Assembly (NCBI GenBank): GCA_041657665.1
Contig: JBBABN010000001.1
Span: 2,355 to 66,354 of the forward strand
DNA: 64,000 bases
Direction: 5' to 3'
DNA from: Minisyncoccota bacterium
Lineage (GTDB): Bacteria; Patescibacteriota; Minisyncoccia; Phycocordibacterales; Phycocordibacteraceae
Part shown: positions 21,655-30,165 of the stretch, piece by piece
Position numbering within the stretch: the stretch's first letter is position 1
Layout: each line of letters starts with the position of its first letter
Position numbers and translations under genes: made by a program
Notes under the pieces: model-generated
What the model was told of the DNA's origin: nothing
Databases searched by the model: none
What the model saw: the letters and a program-made list of their open reading frames with translations, nothing else

Positions 21655-21969
21655 ATGGGTGAAAGAAAGCTGTCTCACGAGCTGATGGATTTTGGTTTCT
21701 TCTCAGCACTCGGAACATCAGAGCATTCTGGATGTTCGAAAGAAGAAACTCACGTGAAGCGCGGACGACCGTATACCCATGACTCAAACAATGGAGTCGT
21801 AGTGGTGTACGACGAAGAGGGACGCCCGTGGATTATCTGCAATCCTCTCGGATTCAATAATATTCTTCAGAGTTATCCTATGGAAAGACGCGGAGCTTAT
21901 GTTCCGCACTCCAACGATGGGGGATATTTTGTCCATGAGGTTATGGACAAAATGATGATCAAACCCTAA
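21655..21969 (+). CDS. Hypothetical protein (SD-led orphan)
   Basis: AAGGAGG upstream, own promoter and terminator. Confidence 0.7.
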   Translation: MGERKLSHELMDFGFFSALGTSEHSGCSKEETHVKRGRPYTHDSNNGVVVVYDEEGRPWIICNPLGFNNILQSYPMERRGAYVPHSNDGGYFVHEVMDKMMIKP

Positions 21970-21986
21970 CCATCCAATGTTTCGCC

Positions 21987-22020
21987 GACGCGACCCTGAA
22001 ATATGGGTCGCGTTTTATTT
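21987..22020 (+). terminator. Intrinsic terminator
   Basis: GACGCGACCC...GGGTCGCGTT-TTATTT. Confidence 0.75.
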
Positions 22021-22046
22021 TATCTGAAAGAGAGTACGCTTACTCT

Positions 22047-23258
22047 ATGGAGCCGCTCGCTGCACAAATACGACCGAAGACGCTTCAAGAAGTTGTCGGA
22101 CAAGAACATTTGGTAGGCGAAGGGAAGCCCTTGCGCGTCGCAGTAGAAAAGAAACATAAGTTCTCTTTTGTTCTCTGGGGGCCGCCCGGGACAGGGAAGA
22201 CGACTATTGCGCGCATTTATGCGCGCGCGCTTGATGCAGAACTATTTGAACTCTCGGCGGTATCGGCAGGGAAGGACGATATTAGAAAGTTGTTAGGCGC
22301 AAGGGATAAGGTGCAAGGAAATTCGCTTAAACCTTACACCTTGAACCTTAAACCTAAAGTATTGTTTCTCGACGAGATTCATCGTTTTAATAAAAGCCAG
22401 CAGGATTTTCTCTTGCCCTATGTCGAGAGCGGAGAATTAACCCTCATCGGCGCAACGACGGAGAATCCTTCATTTGAAATTATCGCGCCCCTTCTCTCGC
22501 GCTGTCGCGTATTCGTCTTAGAGCCTCTTTCTGAAGAAGCCCTCCGCGCGATTGTTAAAAGAACAAAACTGAAAGTGAAGAAAGACGCTTTTGAATGGCT
22601 TTTGGGTTATGCGGGCGGGGACGCACGCAGGGCACTTGGGATGATGGAAGGTGCACAAAGTTTATATGGGGAGGTTACTATCGAATCCCTTACTAAAGCG
22701 CTCGAATCGCCCCATCTGCACTACGACAAGAAAGGCGAAGAACACTACGACACTATCAGTGCGTTTATTAAAAGCATGCGCGCTTCGCAGGCAGATGCGG
22801 CGATTTATTATTTGGCGCGAATGGTCGAAGCGGGAGAAGATCCGCTCTTTATCGCACGACGAATGGTTATCTTCGCCTCAGAAGATGTGGGACTCGCCCA
22901 GCCGACAGCGCTCGTAGTCGCGAATGCCGTCTTTCGTGCCTGCGAGACCATCGGCTATCCTGAATGTGCGATTAATCTCGCACACGGAGTCGCGTATCTC
23001 GCACAAGCGAAGAAAGATCGTTCTACTTATGATGCGCTTCGTGGCGCACAAGCTGACGTGCATGCCTACGGCAACTTGCCGGTACCGAAGAAAATACGAA
23101 ATGCTGTCACAAAACTTATGAAAGACCTCGACTATGGAAAGGGGTACGAGAAATACCCCTCGACTCCCTTCGACGATGCTCAAGGTAAACCGCTCGGGGC
23201 AAGTGAACCAGAATCATACTTGCCGGACAAATTGAAGAAAAAGAAGTACTTAAAATAA
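22047..23258 (+). CDS. rarA: Replication-associated recombination protein RarA/MgsA
   Basis: [46 protein letters not shown]. Confidence 0.95.
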   Translation: MEPLAAQIRPKTLQEVVGQEHLVGEGKPLRVAVEKKHKFSFVLWGPPGTGKTTIARIYARALDAELFELSAVSAGKDDIRKLLGARDKVQGNSLKPYTLNLKPKVLFLDEIHRFNKSQQDFLLPYVESGELTLIGATTENPSFEIIAPLLSRCRVFVLEPLSEEALRAIVKRTKLKVKKDAFEWLLGYAGGDARRALGMMEGAQSLYGEVTIESLTKALESPHLHYDKKGEEHYDTISAFIKSMRASQADAAIYYLARMVEAGEDPLFIARRMVIFASEDVGLAQPTALVVANAVFRACETIGYPECAINLAHGVAYLAQAKKDRSTYDALRGAQADVHAYGNLPVPKKIRNAVTKLMKDLDYGKGYEKYPSTPFDDAQGKPLGASEPESYLPDKLKKKKYLK

Positions 23259-23299
23259 AAACAAAGAGCGCCCTCGTTGCGAGGGCGCTCTTTGTTTTT
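23257..23299. terminator. Bidirectional intrinsic terminator
   Basis: AAAACAAAGAGCGCCCTCG-TTG-CGAGGGCGCTCTTTGTTTT. Confidence 0.9.
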
Positions 23300-23332
23300 A
23301 CTTAAACCTTACACCTTACCGCTTACACCTAT

Positions 23333-23605
23333 CTACTTCACTGCGTCCTTGAGCGCCTTTGCGGCGCGGAACTTCGCAGTGCGAGATGCTGCGATGTGGA
23401 TGGTCTCGCCTGTGCGAGGATTGCGTCCTTCGCGCGCTGGGCGCGCCTTCGTCGCGAAGATACCGAGGCCTGCTACTGATACTTCATCGCCGGATTTAAG
23501 ACCGGAGACAATCGAATCAATAACCGTCTCAACAGCACGCTCGGCATCTGCCTTTGTTGATCCGAGAACGCCGTGCACTTTGTCGACAATATCTGCTTTA
23601 TTCAT
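23333..23605 (-). CDS. hup: HU DNA-binding protein
   Basis: MNKADIV, AREGRNPRTGE, FRAAKALKDAVK. Confidence 0.95.
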   Translation of the reverse strand: MNKADIVDKVHGVLGSTKADAERAVETVIDSIVSGLKSGDEVSVAGLGIFATKARPAREGRNPRTGETIHIAASRTAKFRAAKALKDAVK

Positions 23606-23717
23606 GAGTATCTGCTAATTGCTAATCCCGCAGCCAATAGGGGCGGGTATGGGGGAAGTATAGGAAATGAGCCCTATTGTGCAAGAGGGCTCTCCGCGAG
23701 ACGTGGATAGTGGAGAA

Positions 23718-25247
23718 TTAGCGGGCAAACTCCACGACACGGTTCTCGCGGATGATGTTCACCTTAATCTCGCCTGGATATTTGAGTTCTTCCTGAATGC
23801 GCTTGGCGATATCACGCGCGAGCTTATGCATCGCGAGGTCAGAAACCTTGCCGGGGTTCACGAAGATGCGTATCTCTCGCCCTGCGGCGATGGCATACAC
23901 CTTTTCAACTCCTTCGAATGTCGCTGCGAGGCGTTCTAGGTCGCCGAGACGTTCAAGATACCGGTCGACCGTGTCACGACGCGCACCCGGGCGACCGCTT
24001 GATATCGCATCTGCCACCTGCACAATAACCGCTTCTGGTGTTTCGTAGGGATATTCGTCATGGTGTGACTGCATAGCTTGGATAATGCGCGGATCAACAC
24101 TAAATTTTTCGAGAATTCTGCGGCCGATCTCGACATGAGTGCCCTGAACTTCATGATCAACTGCCTTGCCGATATCATGCAGAAGCGCTGCGGTACGTGC
24201 GACCGTAGAATCTACATCAAGCTCAGTCGCGAGCATCCCAGCGATATACGCTGTCTCGATAGAATGCTGAAGCATATTCTGTCCAAAGCTAGCACGGAAG
24301 TGGAGACGGCCCAGAAGTTCTGTCAATTTCGGGTCGAGCCCGACAATACCGACTTCATACGCAGCTGCTTCACCCTTCTGCTTCACAATATCAGCAACTT
24401 CAGCACGTGTTTTTTCTACGGTCTCTTCTATTTTGACTGGTTGAATGCGACCATCGGCAATAAGCTTCTCGAGAGAGGTCTTCGCGACATACCGACGGAG
24501 TGGATCAAAGGAAGAGAGTGTTATCTTGTCCGGCACATCGTCAATAAGCACATCTACGCCAGTTGCACGTTCAAAAGCTTTAATATTGCGCCCTTCTTTG
24601 CCAATAATTTTTCCTTTTATTTCTTCTGAAGGAAGTGTGACCGAGAGGGACATCACTTCAGCATTCACCGCATTCCCGAGGCGATGAATCGTATTGGTGA
24701 GAATAGAACGCGCTTTATCTTCAAGTCGTTCACGGCCATTCGCCGCAAGCTTCTGTAAACGCAGAAGAATTGATTCTTCGTATGAGTTTTCAATTTCAGA
24801 AAAGAGTTCTTTCCGCGCATCTTCTTCTGAGAGATGGGCGACCTTCGCCAGTTCTTTTGAGCGTTCTGCCGTAAGCTTTTCTGCTTCGCTCTTCGCGCGA
24901 AGAGCATCCTGTTCGCGAGAGCGTACCTCATCTTCCTTGTCATCAAGGTCTCGTTGACGAGAATCAAGAAATTCTTCACGCGAGATGATATGTGCTTCAC
25001 GTGCAGAGAGTTTTCCTTCGCGCTCTTCGATTGGTACGAGACGTTCGGTCTCGAAGACCTCTCCTCGGAATTCGGCTTCAGCGATAATCTTCGCCGCCTG
25101 CTCCTTCGCTTGGAGCAGTTTTTGTTTGATATCGAGCTCAATCGAACCCTTCTGAGCGAGACCAATAAGCACACGCAGCACATAGCCCAGCACAATACCG
25201 CCGGTTCCAGACAGTGCAAGTAGAATCAATATAATTTTGAGTGACAT
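23718..25247 (-). CDS. rny: Ribonuclease Y
   Basis: N-terminal TM, coiled coil, KH (IIGKEGRNI), HD (LHDIGK), RPGARR. Confidence 0.95.
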   Translation of the reverse strand: MSLKIILILLALSGTGGIVLGYVLRVLIGLAQKGSIELDIKQKLLQAKEQAAKIIAEAEFRGEVFETERLVPIEEREGKLSAREAHIISREEFLDSRQRDLDDKEDEVRSREQDALRAKSEAEKLTAERSKELAKVAHLSEEDARKELFSEIENSYEESILLRLQKLAANGRERLEDKARSILTNTIHRLGNAVNAEVMSLSVTLPSEEIKGKIIGKEGRNIKAFERATGVDVLIDDVPDKITLSSFDPLRRYVAKTSLEKLIADGRIQPVKIEETVEKTRAEVADIVKQKGEAAAYEVGIVGLDPKLTELLGRLHFRASFGQNMLQHSIETAYIAGMLATELDVDSTVARTAALLHDIGKAVDHEVQGTHVEIGRRILEKFSVDPRIIQAMQSHHDEYPYETPEAVIVQVADAISSGRPGARRDTVDRYLERLGDLERLAATFEGVEKVYAIAAGREIRIFVNPGKVSDLAMHKLARDIAKRIQEELKYPGEIKVNIIRENRVVEFAR

Positions 25248-25379
25248 ACGCCCATTTTGCCCCGAAGGGGCCCCGTTGGGGTTATCCTCCTTTCTGGGGA
25301 TTATTTGAAGTTAAGTAAAGGGGGAGACGGTACGGCTTTCAGGTCAGTCAATCAGTGAGACAGTATAGAAGGACTTTAC

Positions 25380-25417
25380 CACAAAATCCCGCGCGGCACA
25401 CCGCGCGGGATTTTGTG
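25380..25417. terminator. Terminator hairpin after clpP
   Basis: CACAAAATCCCGCGCGG-CACA-CCGCGCGGGATTTTGTG. Confidence 0.85.
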
Positions 25418-25426
25418 TGCTCTTTG

Positions 25427-26026
25427 TTACGCGTACACTTTATCAACCAACCCGTACTTTTTCGCTTCTTCAGCCGTCATAAAGAAGTCGCGCTCGACAT
25501 CCTTCTCAATCTTCGCGAGTGGCTGGCCCGTATTCTTCGAGAGAATCTTATTCAACACCGCACGAAGCTTCAGAATCTGCTTCGCGGTAATCTCGATATC
25601 GGTCGCTTGACCCTCAGCACCGCCACTTGGCTGATGGATCATTATCTCAGCATTCGGGAGCGCGAAGCGTTTACCTTTTTCTCCTGCCGAGAGGAGAATC
25701 GCCGCGCCTGAAGCTGCCATACCAACGCACACCGTCGAAACATTCGGTTTTACATGATTCATCGTGTCTACCATCGCAAGTGTCGAAGTAACCGAGCCAC
25801 CTGGAGAGTTGATGTAGAGTGAAATATCTTTTTTAGGGTCTTCAGCTTCGAGGAAGAGAAGCTGGGCGATCACGAGATTTGCCGTATCGTCATCAATATG
25901 TCCGCCAAGAAAAATAACACGCTCCTTCAAGAGGCGCGAGTAGATGTCATAGGCGCGCTCGCCGAATTGGCTCTTCTCGATAACCATCGGGACGAGCATT
26001 GAGGCACGAGGTTGTGAATGTGTCAT
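25427..26026 (-). CDS. clpP: ATP-dependent Clp protease proteolytic subunit
   Basis: [26 protein letters not shown]. Confidence 0.97.
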   Translation of the reverse strand: MTHSQPRASMLVPMVIEKSQFGERAYDIYSRLLKERVIFLGGHIDDDTANLVIAQLLFLEAEDPKKDISLYINSPGGSVTSTLAMVDTMNHVKPNVSTVCVGMAASGAAILLSAGEKGKRFALPNAEIMIHQPSGGAEGQATDIEITAKQILKLRAVLNKILSKNTGQPLAKIEKDVERDFFMTAEEAKKYGLVDKVYA

Positions 26027-26035
26027 AGATAAAAA

Positions 26036-26221
26036 TTATTGAGCAGTTGATTCTACAGGAATTTGATTCTGAGAGAGTCTCTTACCCCACGAATAGAACG
26101 CGCCGACGACAATCATCATCACAATAACAACAATCGAAATAACCACGCCCCAGGACTGTTGTGCGCGCGAAGGCATTGGCGGCACTGGCTCACTAGGCGG
26201 GAGGAGGGGTTCGTTCTCCAT
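26036..26221 (-). CDS. Small single-pass membrane protein
   Basis: MENEPLL...VVISIVVIVMMIVVGAFYSWG; coupled to ppa stop. Confidence 0.65.
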   Translation of the reverse strand: MENEPLLPPSEPVPPMPSRAQQSWGVVISIVVIVMMIVVGAFYSWGKRLSQNQIPVESTAQ

Positions 26222-26222
26222 A

Positions 26223-26738
26223 TTATTTGTCGAGATACATCTTCTTCGCGCGCTCAAATGCGGCAAAGGCCGCCTCGCGTCCTTCGAATTCGCCAACGAC
26301 CACTTCCTTCTTCTGAATTTGTTTATACGTCGCGAAGAAGTGGGCAATTTCTTTCAGTACATGTTGATTTGCATCAGTAATATCCTTCACATCCGCATAG
26401 CGCGGATCGCCTGAAGCAACCGCAATAACTTTTTCATCGGCCTCGCCTCCATCAACCATATGCAAGATACCAATCGGACGCGCCGGAGCGAGGATGCCTG
26501 ACACGAGCGGATGCGTCGTCAGAAGGACGACATCGAGCGCATCGTGGTCATCCCAGAGTGTCTGCGGCACGAATCCGTAGTCGAAAGGGTAGTCCTGCGC
26601 AGAATGCATCACGCGATCGAGCTTGATAATACCGGTCTTCTTATCAATCTCGTATTTATTGTGCGAACCTTTCGGAATCTCAATAATGACATTCATCTCT
26701 TCTTTGGTGCCCGGATCAATATCGTGTAGCAAATTCAT
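26223..26738 (-). CDS. ppa: Inorganic pyrophosphatase
   Basis: IEIPKGSHNKYE, YGFVPQT, DEKVIAV. Confidence 0.95.
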   Translation of the reverse strand: MNLLHDIDPGTKEEMNVIIEIPKGSHNKYEIDKKTGIIKLDRVMHSAQDYPFDYGFVPQTLWDDHDALDVVLLTTHPLVSGILAPARPIGILHMVDGGEADEKVIAVASGDPRYADVKDITDANQHVLKEIAHFFATYKQIQKKEVVVGEFEGREAAFAAFERAKKMYLDK

Positions 26739-26763
26739 ATGAATAAGTAATAGGGCTAATAAT

Positions 26764-28152
26764 TTATTCGTCTTTCGCTGTATCGCGGTCTTCTTCTGCA
26801 TCAGCGACCGTCTCGTCGCTTGCCGGCAGTTCTGTCGATTCTTCTTCGGCAGGAAGTTCGGTAAGCTCTACCACTTCTTCAGTAATGATTTCATCACTTT
26901 CAGTCGGCATAACACCCGCCAATTCAGCAGGATCGGTTTCATCCTCTTTTCTAGTAGGATCCTCATCAACAACCGCGACTGATTCGCCATCAGATCCAGC
27001 GACTTCAGTGCCGCCAGTAGAAATAATATCAATATTCCATCCGGTAAGCTTCGCAGCGAGACGCACATTCTGACCACCGCGACCAATCGCGAGTGATTGT
27101 TCATCTTCAGATACTGTAACAGTCGCGCGATGACCTTCTTCATCAAGCACTACTTCAACCGGTGTCGCAGGGGAGAGCGCCTCTCTCACAAATTCTTTTG
27201 CATCATCATTCCATTCGATAATATCAATACGTTCTCCTCCAAGCTCACTCATCACAGTAGAAACGCGCACACCACGCTGACCGACGAGAGAACCGACCGG
27301 GTCGACATGTGACTCTTTCGAAGCAAGCGCTATCTTAGTACGACTGCCTGGCTCGCGCGCCAGCGCCTTCACCTCTATCGCACCACTCGCAAGCTCGGGT
27401 GCCTCAAGCTCGAAAAGCTTCACGACAAACTTCGGATGCGCACGGGAAAGTCGCAGATATACACCGCGGAATCCCTCGTCTACCGCGTAGAGATACGCGC
27501 GAATACGCTCACCCATACGATACCGCTCTCCTGGAATCTGCTCTTCATAAGGGATAATGCCGGTCGTACGCCCAAGATCGACGAAAATCGCTCCGCGTTC
27601 CATCCGCTGGACGATACCCGACACAATCTGACCTTTTCGCTCACCGAATTCCTCCATCATCGAGGTTTTTTCTGCTTCGCGCACCTTCTGAATAACTACC
27701 TGCTTGGCGGTTTGTGCTGCTATACGACCAAAATCGTCTTGCGGTTCGAGAGGGAAGACGATCTGTTCGCCCACAACAGCGTCACGCTTCATAAGCTTCG
27801 CATTAGCGATAAGGATATGCTTTTCAGAGTCGAAACGTGGCAATTCACCCTCAGCAAGCTGTTCTTCCTCATTATGAAATGAGTGCATGTGGTGACTATG
27901 CTCTTCAGGAATTTCTTCTCCAGGAGCAGGAAAACGAACGGTTGTGTCGTCCACAATCGTTTTAATCTGTTCGAAGGAGATAGTACCAGTATTAAGGTCG
28001 AGTTTGGCGTGTACCACTTGCCCGCGCTTACCGTATTCGCGCTTATATGCGGTCGCCATCGCACTCTCGATAGCCTCAATCATCGTTTCGCGATTAATGC
28101 CCCTGTCTTCGAACTCTCCGAGCACTGCATTGATGGTTTTTAAGTCAATCAT
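26764..28152 (-). CDS. nusA: Transcription termination/antitermination factor NusA
   Basis: FGRIAAQTAKQV, AREPGSRTK, AIGRGGQNVRLAAKLTGW; acidic tail. Confidence 0.97.
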   Translation of the reverse strand: MIDLKTINAVLGEFEDRGINRETMIEAIESAMATAYKREYGKRGQVVHAKLDLNTGTISFEQIKTIVDDTTVRFPAPGEEIPEEHSHHMHSFHNEEEQLAEGELPRFDSEKHILIANAKLMKRDAVVGEQIVFPLEPQDDFGRIAAQTAKQVVIQKVREAEKTSMMEEFGERKGQIVSGIVQRMERGAIFVDLGRTTGIIPYEEQIPGERYRMGERIRAYLYAVDEGFRGVYLRLSRAHPKFVVKLFELEAPELASGAIEVKALAREPGSRTKIALASKESHVDPVGSLVGQRGVRVSTVMSELGGERIDIIEWNDDAKEFVREALSPATPVEVVLDEEGHRATVTVSEDEQSLAIGRGGQNVRLAAKLTGWNIDIISTGGTEVAGSDGESVAVVDEDPTRKEDETDPAELAGVMPTESDEIITEEVVELTELPAEEESTELPASDETVADAEEDRDTAKDE

Positions 28153-28208
28153 ATGGAATATGTATGTCGCACGTTTTTAATATGTCTAACACCTATTCTA
28201 ACATTTCT

Positions 28209-28276
28209 AATAAAAATGCCCGCATCGCGGACATTTCAGATGATGTAAAGATACCAGATTCTTTTTTATGCGTCAA
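28209..28276 (-). promoter_or_regulatory. nusA promoter (TTGACG-17-TATCTT) with leader terminator-like hairpin
   Basis: AAATGTCCGC-GAT-GCGGGCATTT-TTATT just downstream of the promoter. Confidence 0.6.
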
Positions 28277-28279
28277 CAC

Positions 28280-28311
28280 AAAAAGAAAAGAGCCACCTAA
28301 TTGGTGACTCT
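28280..28311 (-). terminator. Intrinsic terminator ending the 28-30 kb unit
   Basis: AGAGTCACC-AATTA-GGTGGCTCT-TTTCTTTTT. Confidence 0.85.
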
Positions 28312-28314
28312 ATG

Positions 28315-28381
28315 CCCTTACGGTCTCGCCTCGACTTATTTTATTCGTCCGAGATCCCCGCTTACGCCTTGGGTTAGGCGG
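28315..28381 (-). ncRNA. Unrecognised structured RNA motif, copy 1
   Basis: 58/60 identical to copy 2 over the core; k-turn GGGA/CGA-GACC; follows ORF stop. Confidence 0.7.
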
Positions 28382-28394
28382 CTGTGTGAAGATG

Positions 28395-28673
28395 TTAATT
28401 GCTCTTCTTCCTTGAGAGAAAGAGAAAGACAATTAAACCAACCAAGAAGTATACCGCCATGGACAAGTGGAGCGAAAGAGCCTCCGACCATGGCCATACC
28501 ATCCCAAACATCAGGACGGTGCAGTTTGTTCCTTGAATGTGCACCTTCATGTACAACGCCCCCACGAGAAAAATGCAGAAAGAGTAGAGAGCTACGAAAA
28601 TACTGGAGACCAGCACTTTCACGAAGATCTCTAATCCTTTGACAAACTTCTCGGCAGCTTTTTCAGATGTCAT
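28395..28673 (-). CDS. Small two-TM membrane protein (orphan)
   Basis: AAGGAG SD; two hydrophobic helices. Confidence 0.75.
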   Translation of the reverse strand: MTSEKAAEKFVKGLEIFVKVLVSSIFVALYSFCIFLVGALYMKVHIQGTNCTVLMFGMVWPWSEALSLHLSMAVYFLVGLIVFLFLSRKKSN

Positions 28674-28722
28674 TTCACTTCTCCTTTTTTATTGTGAGAG
28701 AACATTTTTTCTGTTTTCATTT

Positions 28723-28788
28723 CCCTGAGGTCTCGCCTCGGCTTATTTTATTCGTCCGAGATCCCCGCTCACGCCTTGGGTTAGGCGG
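28723..28788 (-). ncRNA. Unrecognised structured RNA motif, copy 2
   Basis: Begins 6 nt after the stop of 28795-29097. Confidence 0.7.
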
Positions 28789-28794
28789 GTTTCG

Positions 28795-29097
28795 CTACCC
28801 CGGCTCGAGCGAGACGACCTTTGATCTGGAAATCAAAAGCCGATCGGCCCCACAGCCTATGCGGCGGCCGTCGATCCACTCCGAGTGAGAGTGCATCACC
28901 CAGAGCACATTTCCATGGCTCTGAATCTCTACCACTCTTGGATCATTTGGATCGAGCTGGAGGGTCTTCACCTCGTCCTCATAGACATCAATGTCCCCTC
29001 TCCAGTACTTCCAAGTGCTCGGCCAGCGAGTCCAATTAATCTTTCTTTCTGTCCCATCCGTAAAACGGATGAACATTGGTCTTCCTGGACAATCCAT
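28795..29097 (-). CDS. Small hypothetical protein (orphan)
   Basis: GAAGGAG SD 7 nt upstream of ATG. Confidence 0.7.
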   Translation of the reverse strand: MDCPGRPMFIRFTDGTERKINWTRWPSTWKYWRGDIDVYEDEVKTLQLDPNDPRVVEIQSHGNVLWVMHSHSEWIDGRRIGCGADRLLISRSKVVSLEPG

Positions 29098-29123
29098 TTT
29101 ATTACTCCTTCAAAAAAGAACAT

Positions 29124-29212
29124 TCTGTTTCGTCCTGTGCGATTTGGCATTTCCAAACTGCCGGACTTGGACTTTTCAGTCCTCATCAGTCCCGACCCAA
29201 TCGGGAGACAGA
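29124..29212 (-). ncRNA. Type III hammerhead ribozyme, variant with an extra hairpin before stem II
   Basis: UCUGUC^UCCCGA-UUGGG-UCGGGA-CUGAUGA-[GGACU-GAAA-AGUCC-AA]-GUCC...GGAC-GAAA-CAGA; predicted cut between 29207 and 29206. Confidence 0.7.
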
Positions 29213-29492
29213 GAGAGGTTTTGTCCGGACCTCTCAAACCGAGCGTGTTCCTTCAAAGAAGGATGTCCCAATCACCTCAGATTGCCTGGGTTATGACGAA
29301 CCCGACAAACCTATGATTGCGTGATTTTCAATATCAAGTCGTCATCTTGATATTCCGGATTATCCCCACGATCGAGGGGACGCCTAAGGGTGTGCGCTTA
29401 CCCAACGGAACAGGCTTATCTATTTCCATCTCTCGAGAGATAGGAACACATAACCCTGTTCCGTTTTTGTCCATATTTAAAAGAACAATTCT

Positions 29493-29548
29493 TTGCTGTT
29501 TCGTCCTTTTTGGACTCATCAGGGGAGAGAAATATCTCCCGACAGCAA
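29493..29548 (-). ncRNA. Canonical type III hammerhead ribozyme
   Basis: UUGCUGUC^GGGAGA-UAUUUC-UCUCCC-CUGAUGA-GUCC-AAAAA-GGAC-GAAA-CAGCAA; all three stems perfectly paired; predicted cut between 29541 and 29540. Confidence 0.93.
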
Positions 29549-29689
29549 TCCGTATCGTGGATTAGTCGAATCCCGTATTCGTTGGATTAATCGGATGGTA
29601 GTCATTATCGGCGTTGACCTTACCGTGCCAATCATTACTGACTGGCAGGTTTGCAGTTATTTCCATCACCTTACCTGCAAACCGTTTTA

Positions 29690-29754
29690 CCCTGCGGTCT
29701 CGCTCCAACTTATGGATTCATTGAAGTCCCCGCTTACGCATGGGTTGAAGGCGG
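29690..29754 (-). ncRNA. Unrecognised structured RNA motif, copy 3 (diverged)
   Basis: Keeps CCGCC, AACCCA, GCGUAAGCGGGGA, GAAU..AUAAG, CGAGACC..GGG; stem changed to CUUCAA/UUGGAG. Confidence 0.65.
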
Positions 29755-29760
29755 CTTCCG

Positions 29761-30165
29761 CTAAGCCATGGGCTCGAGCTTCTTCGTCTTGAAGACGATC
29801 TTCTCGAGCACCTCGTAGTGGGAGAATTTAAGCAGGTCGCGCCCGCTCTCATCCTTCCCGACCACAATGGCCCGACCGGACTCATCACGCTCAAATTCCG
29901 CGCGAATGAGAACGGCCCCGAGGTTGCACTGCCGGTCCACCAACCTTATTAAGGTCGGGAACGGCGCCTGCGCCTCGACAGCGACGACTTTGCCATCGGT
30001 CTCGGACTCAACCTTCTGGATGAGTTCCTTGACCGAAGTGACAGCGTCGTCGCCGTAGCGGATGTCATCGGTTACGACCTTAAGGTCGCTTCCGAAGACG
30101 CCCTTCAGGAACGCCTCACGGGCGGCGTCGAGCGGATGGCGGGTGATTCTGACAAGGACTTTCAT
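29761..30165 (-). CDS. Hypothetical protein with N-terminal TRHP motif
   Basis: GAAGGAG SD; GC-rich codon usage; first gene of the unit. Confidence 0.8.
   Translation of the reverse strand: MKVLVRITRHPLDAAREAFLKGVFGSDLKVVTDDIRYGDDAVTSVKELIQKVESETDGKVVAVEAQAPFPTLIRLVDRQCNLGAVLIRAEFERDESGRAIVVGKDESGRDLLKFSHYEVLEKIVFKTKKLEPMA

Noticed and set aside
29334-29519. 61-aa minus-strand ORF
   Set aside because: It starts inside the hammerhead core, has no SD, and runs through long hairpins, so it is more likely non-coding.
28315-29754. Integron cassette array (repeats begin GCCTAAC, like an attC R'' site)
   Set aside because: There is no complementary L'/GTTRRRY R' half, copy 3 lacks GCCTAAC, and no IntI is adjacent. 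Covariation and the k-turn favour an RNA motif.
28315-29754. CRISPR array
   Set aside because: The repeats are 60+ nt, are separated by 340-900 nt containing genes, and no cas genes are present.
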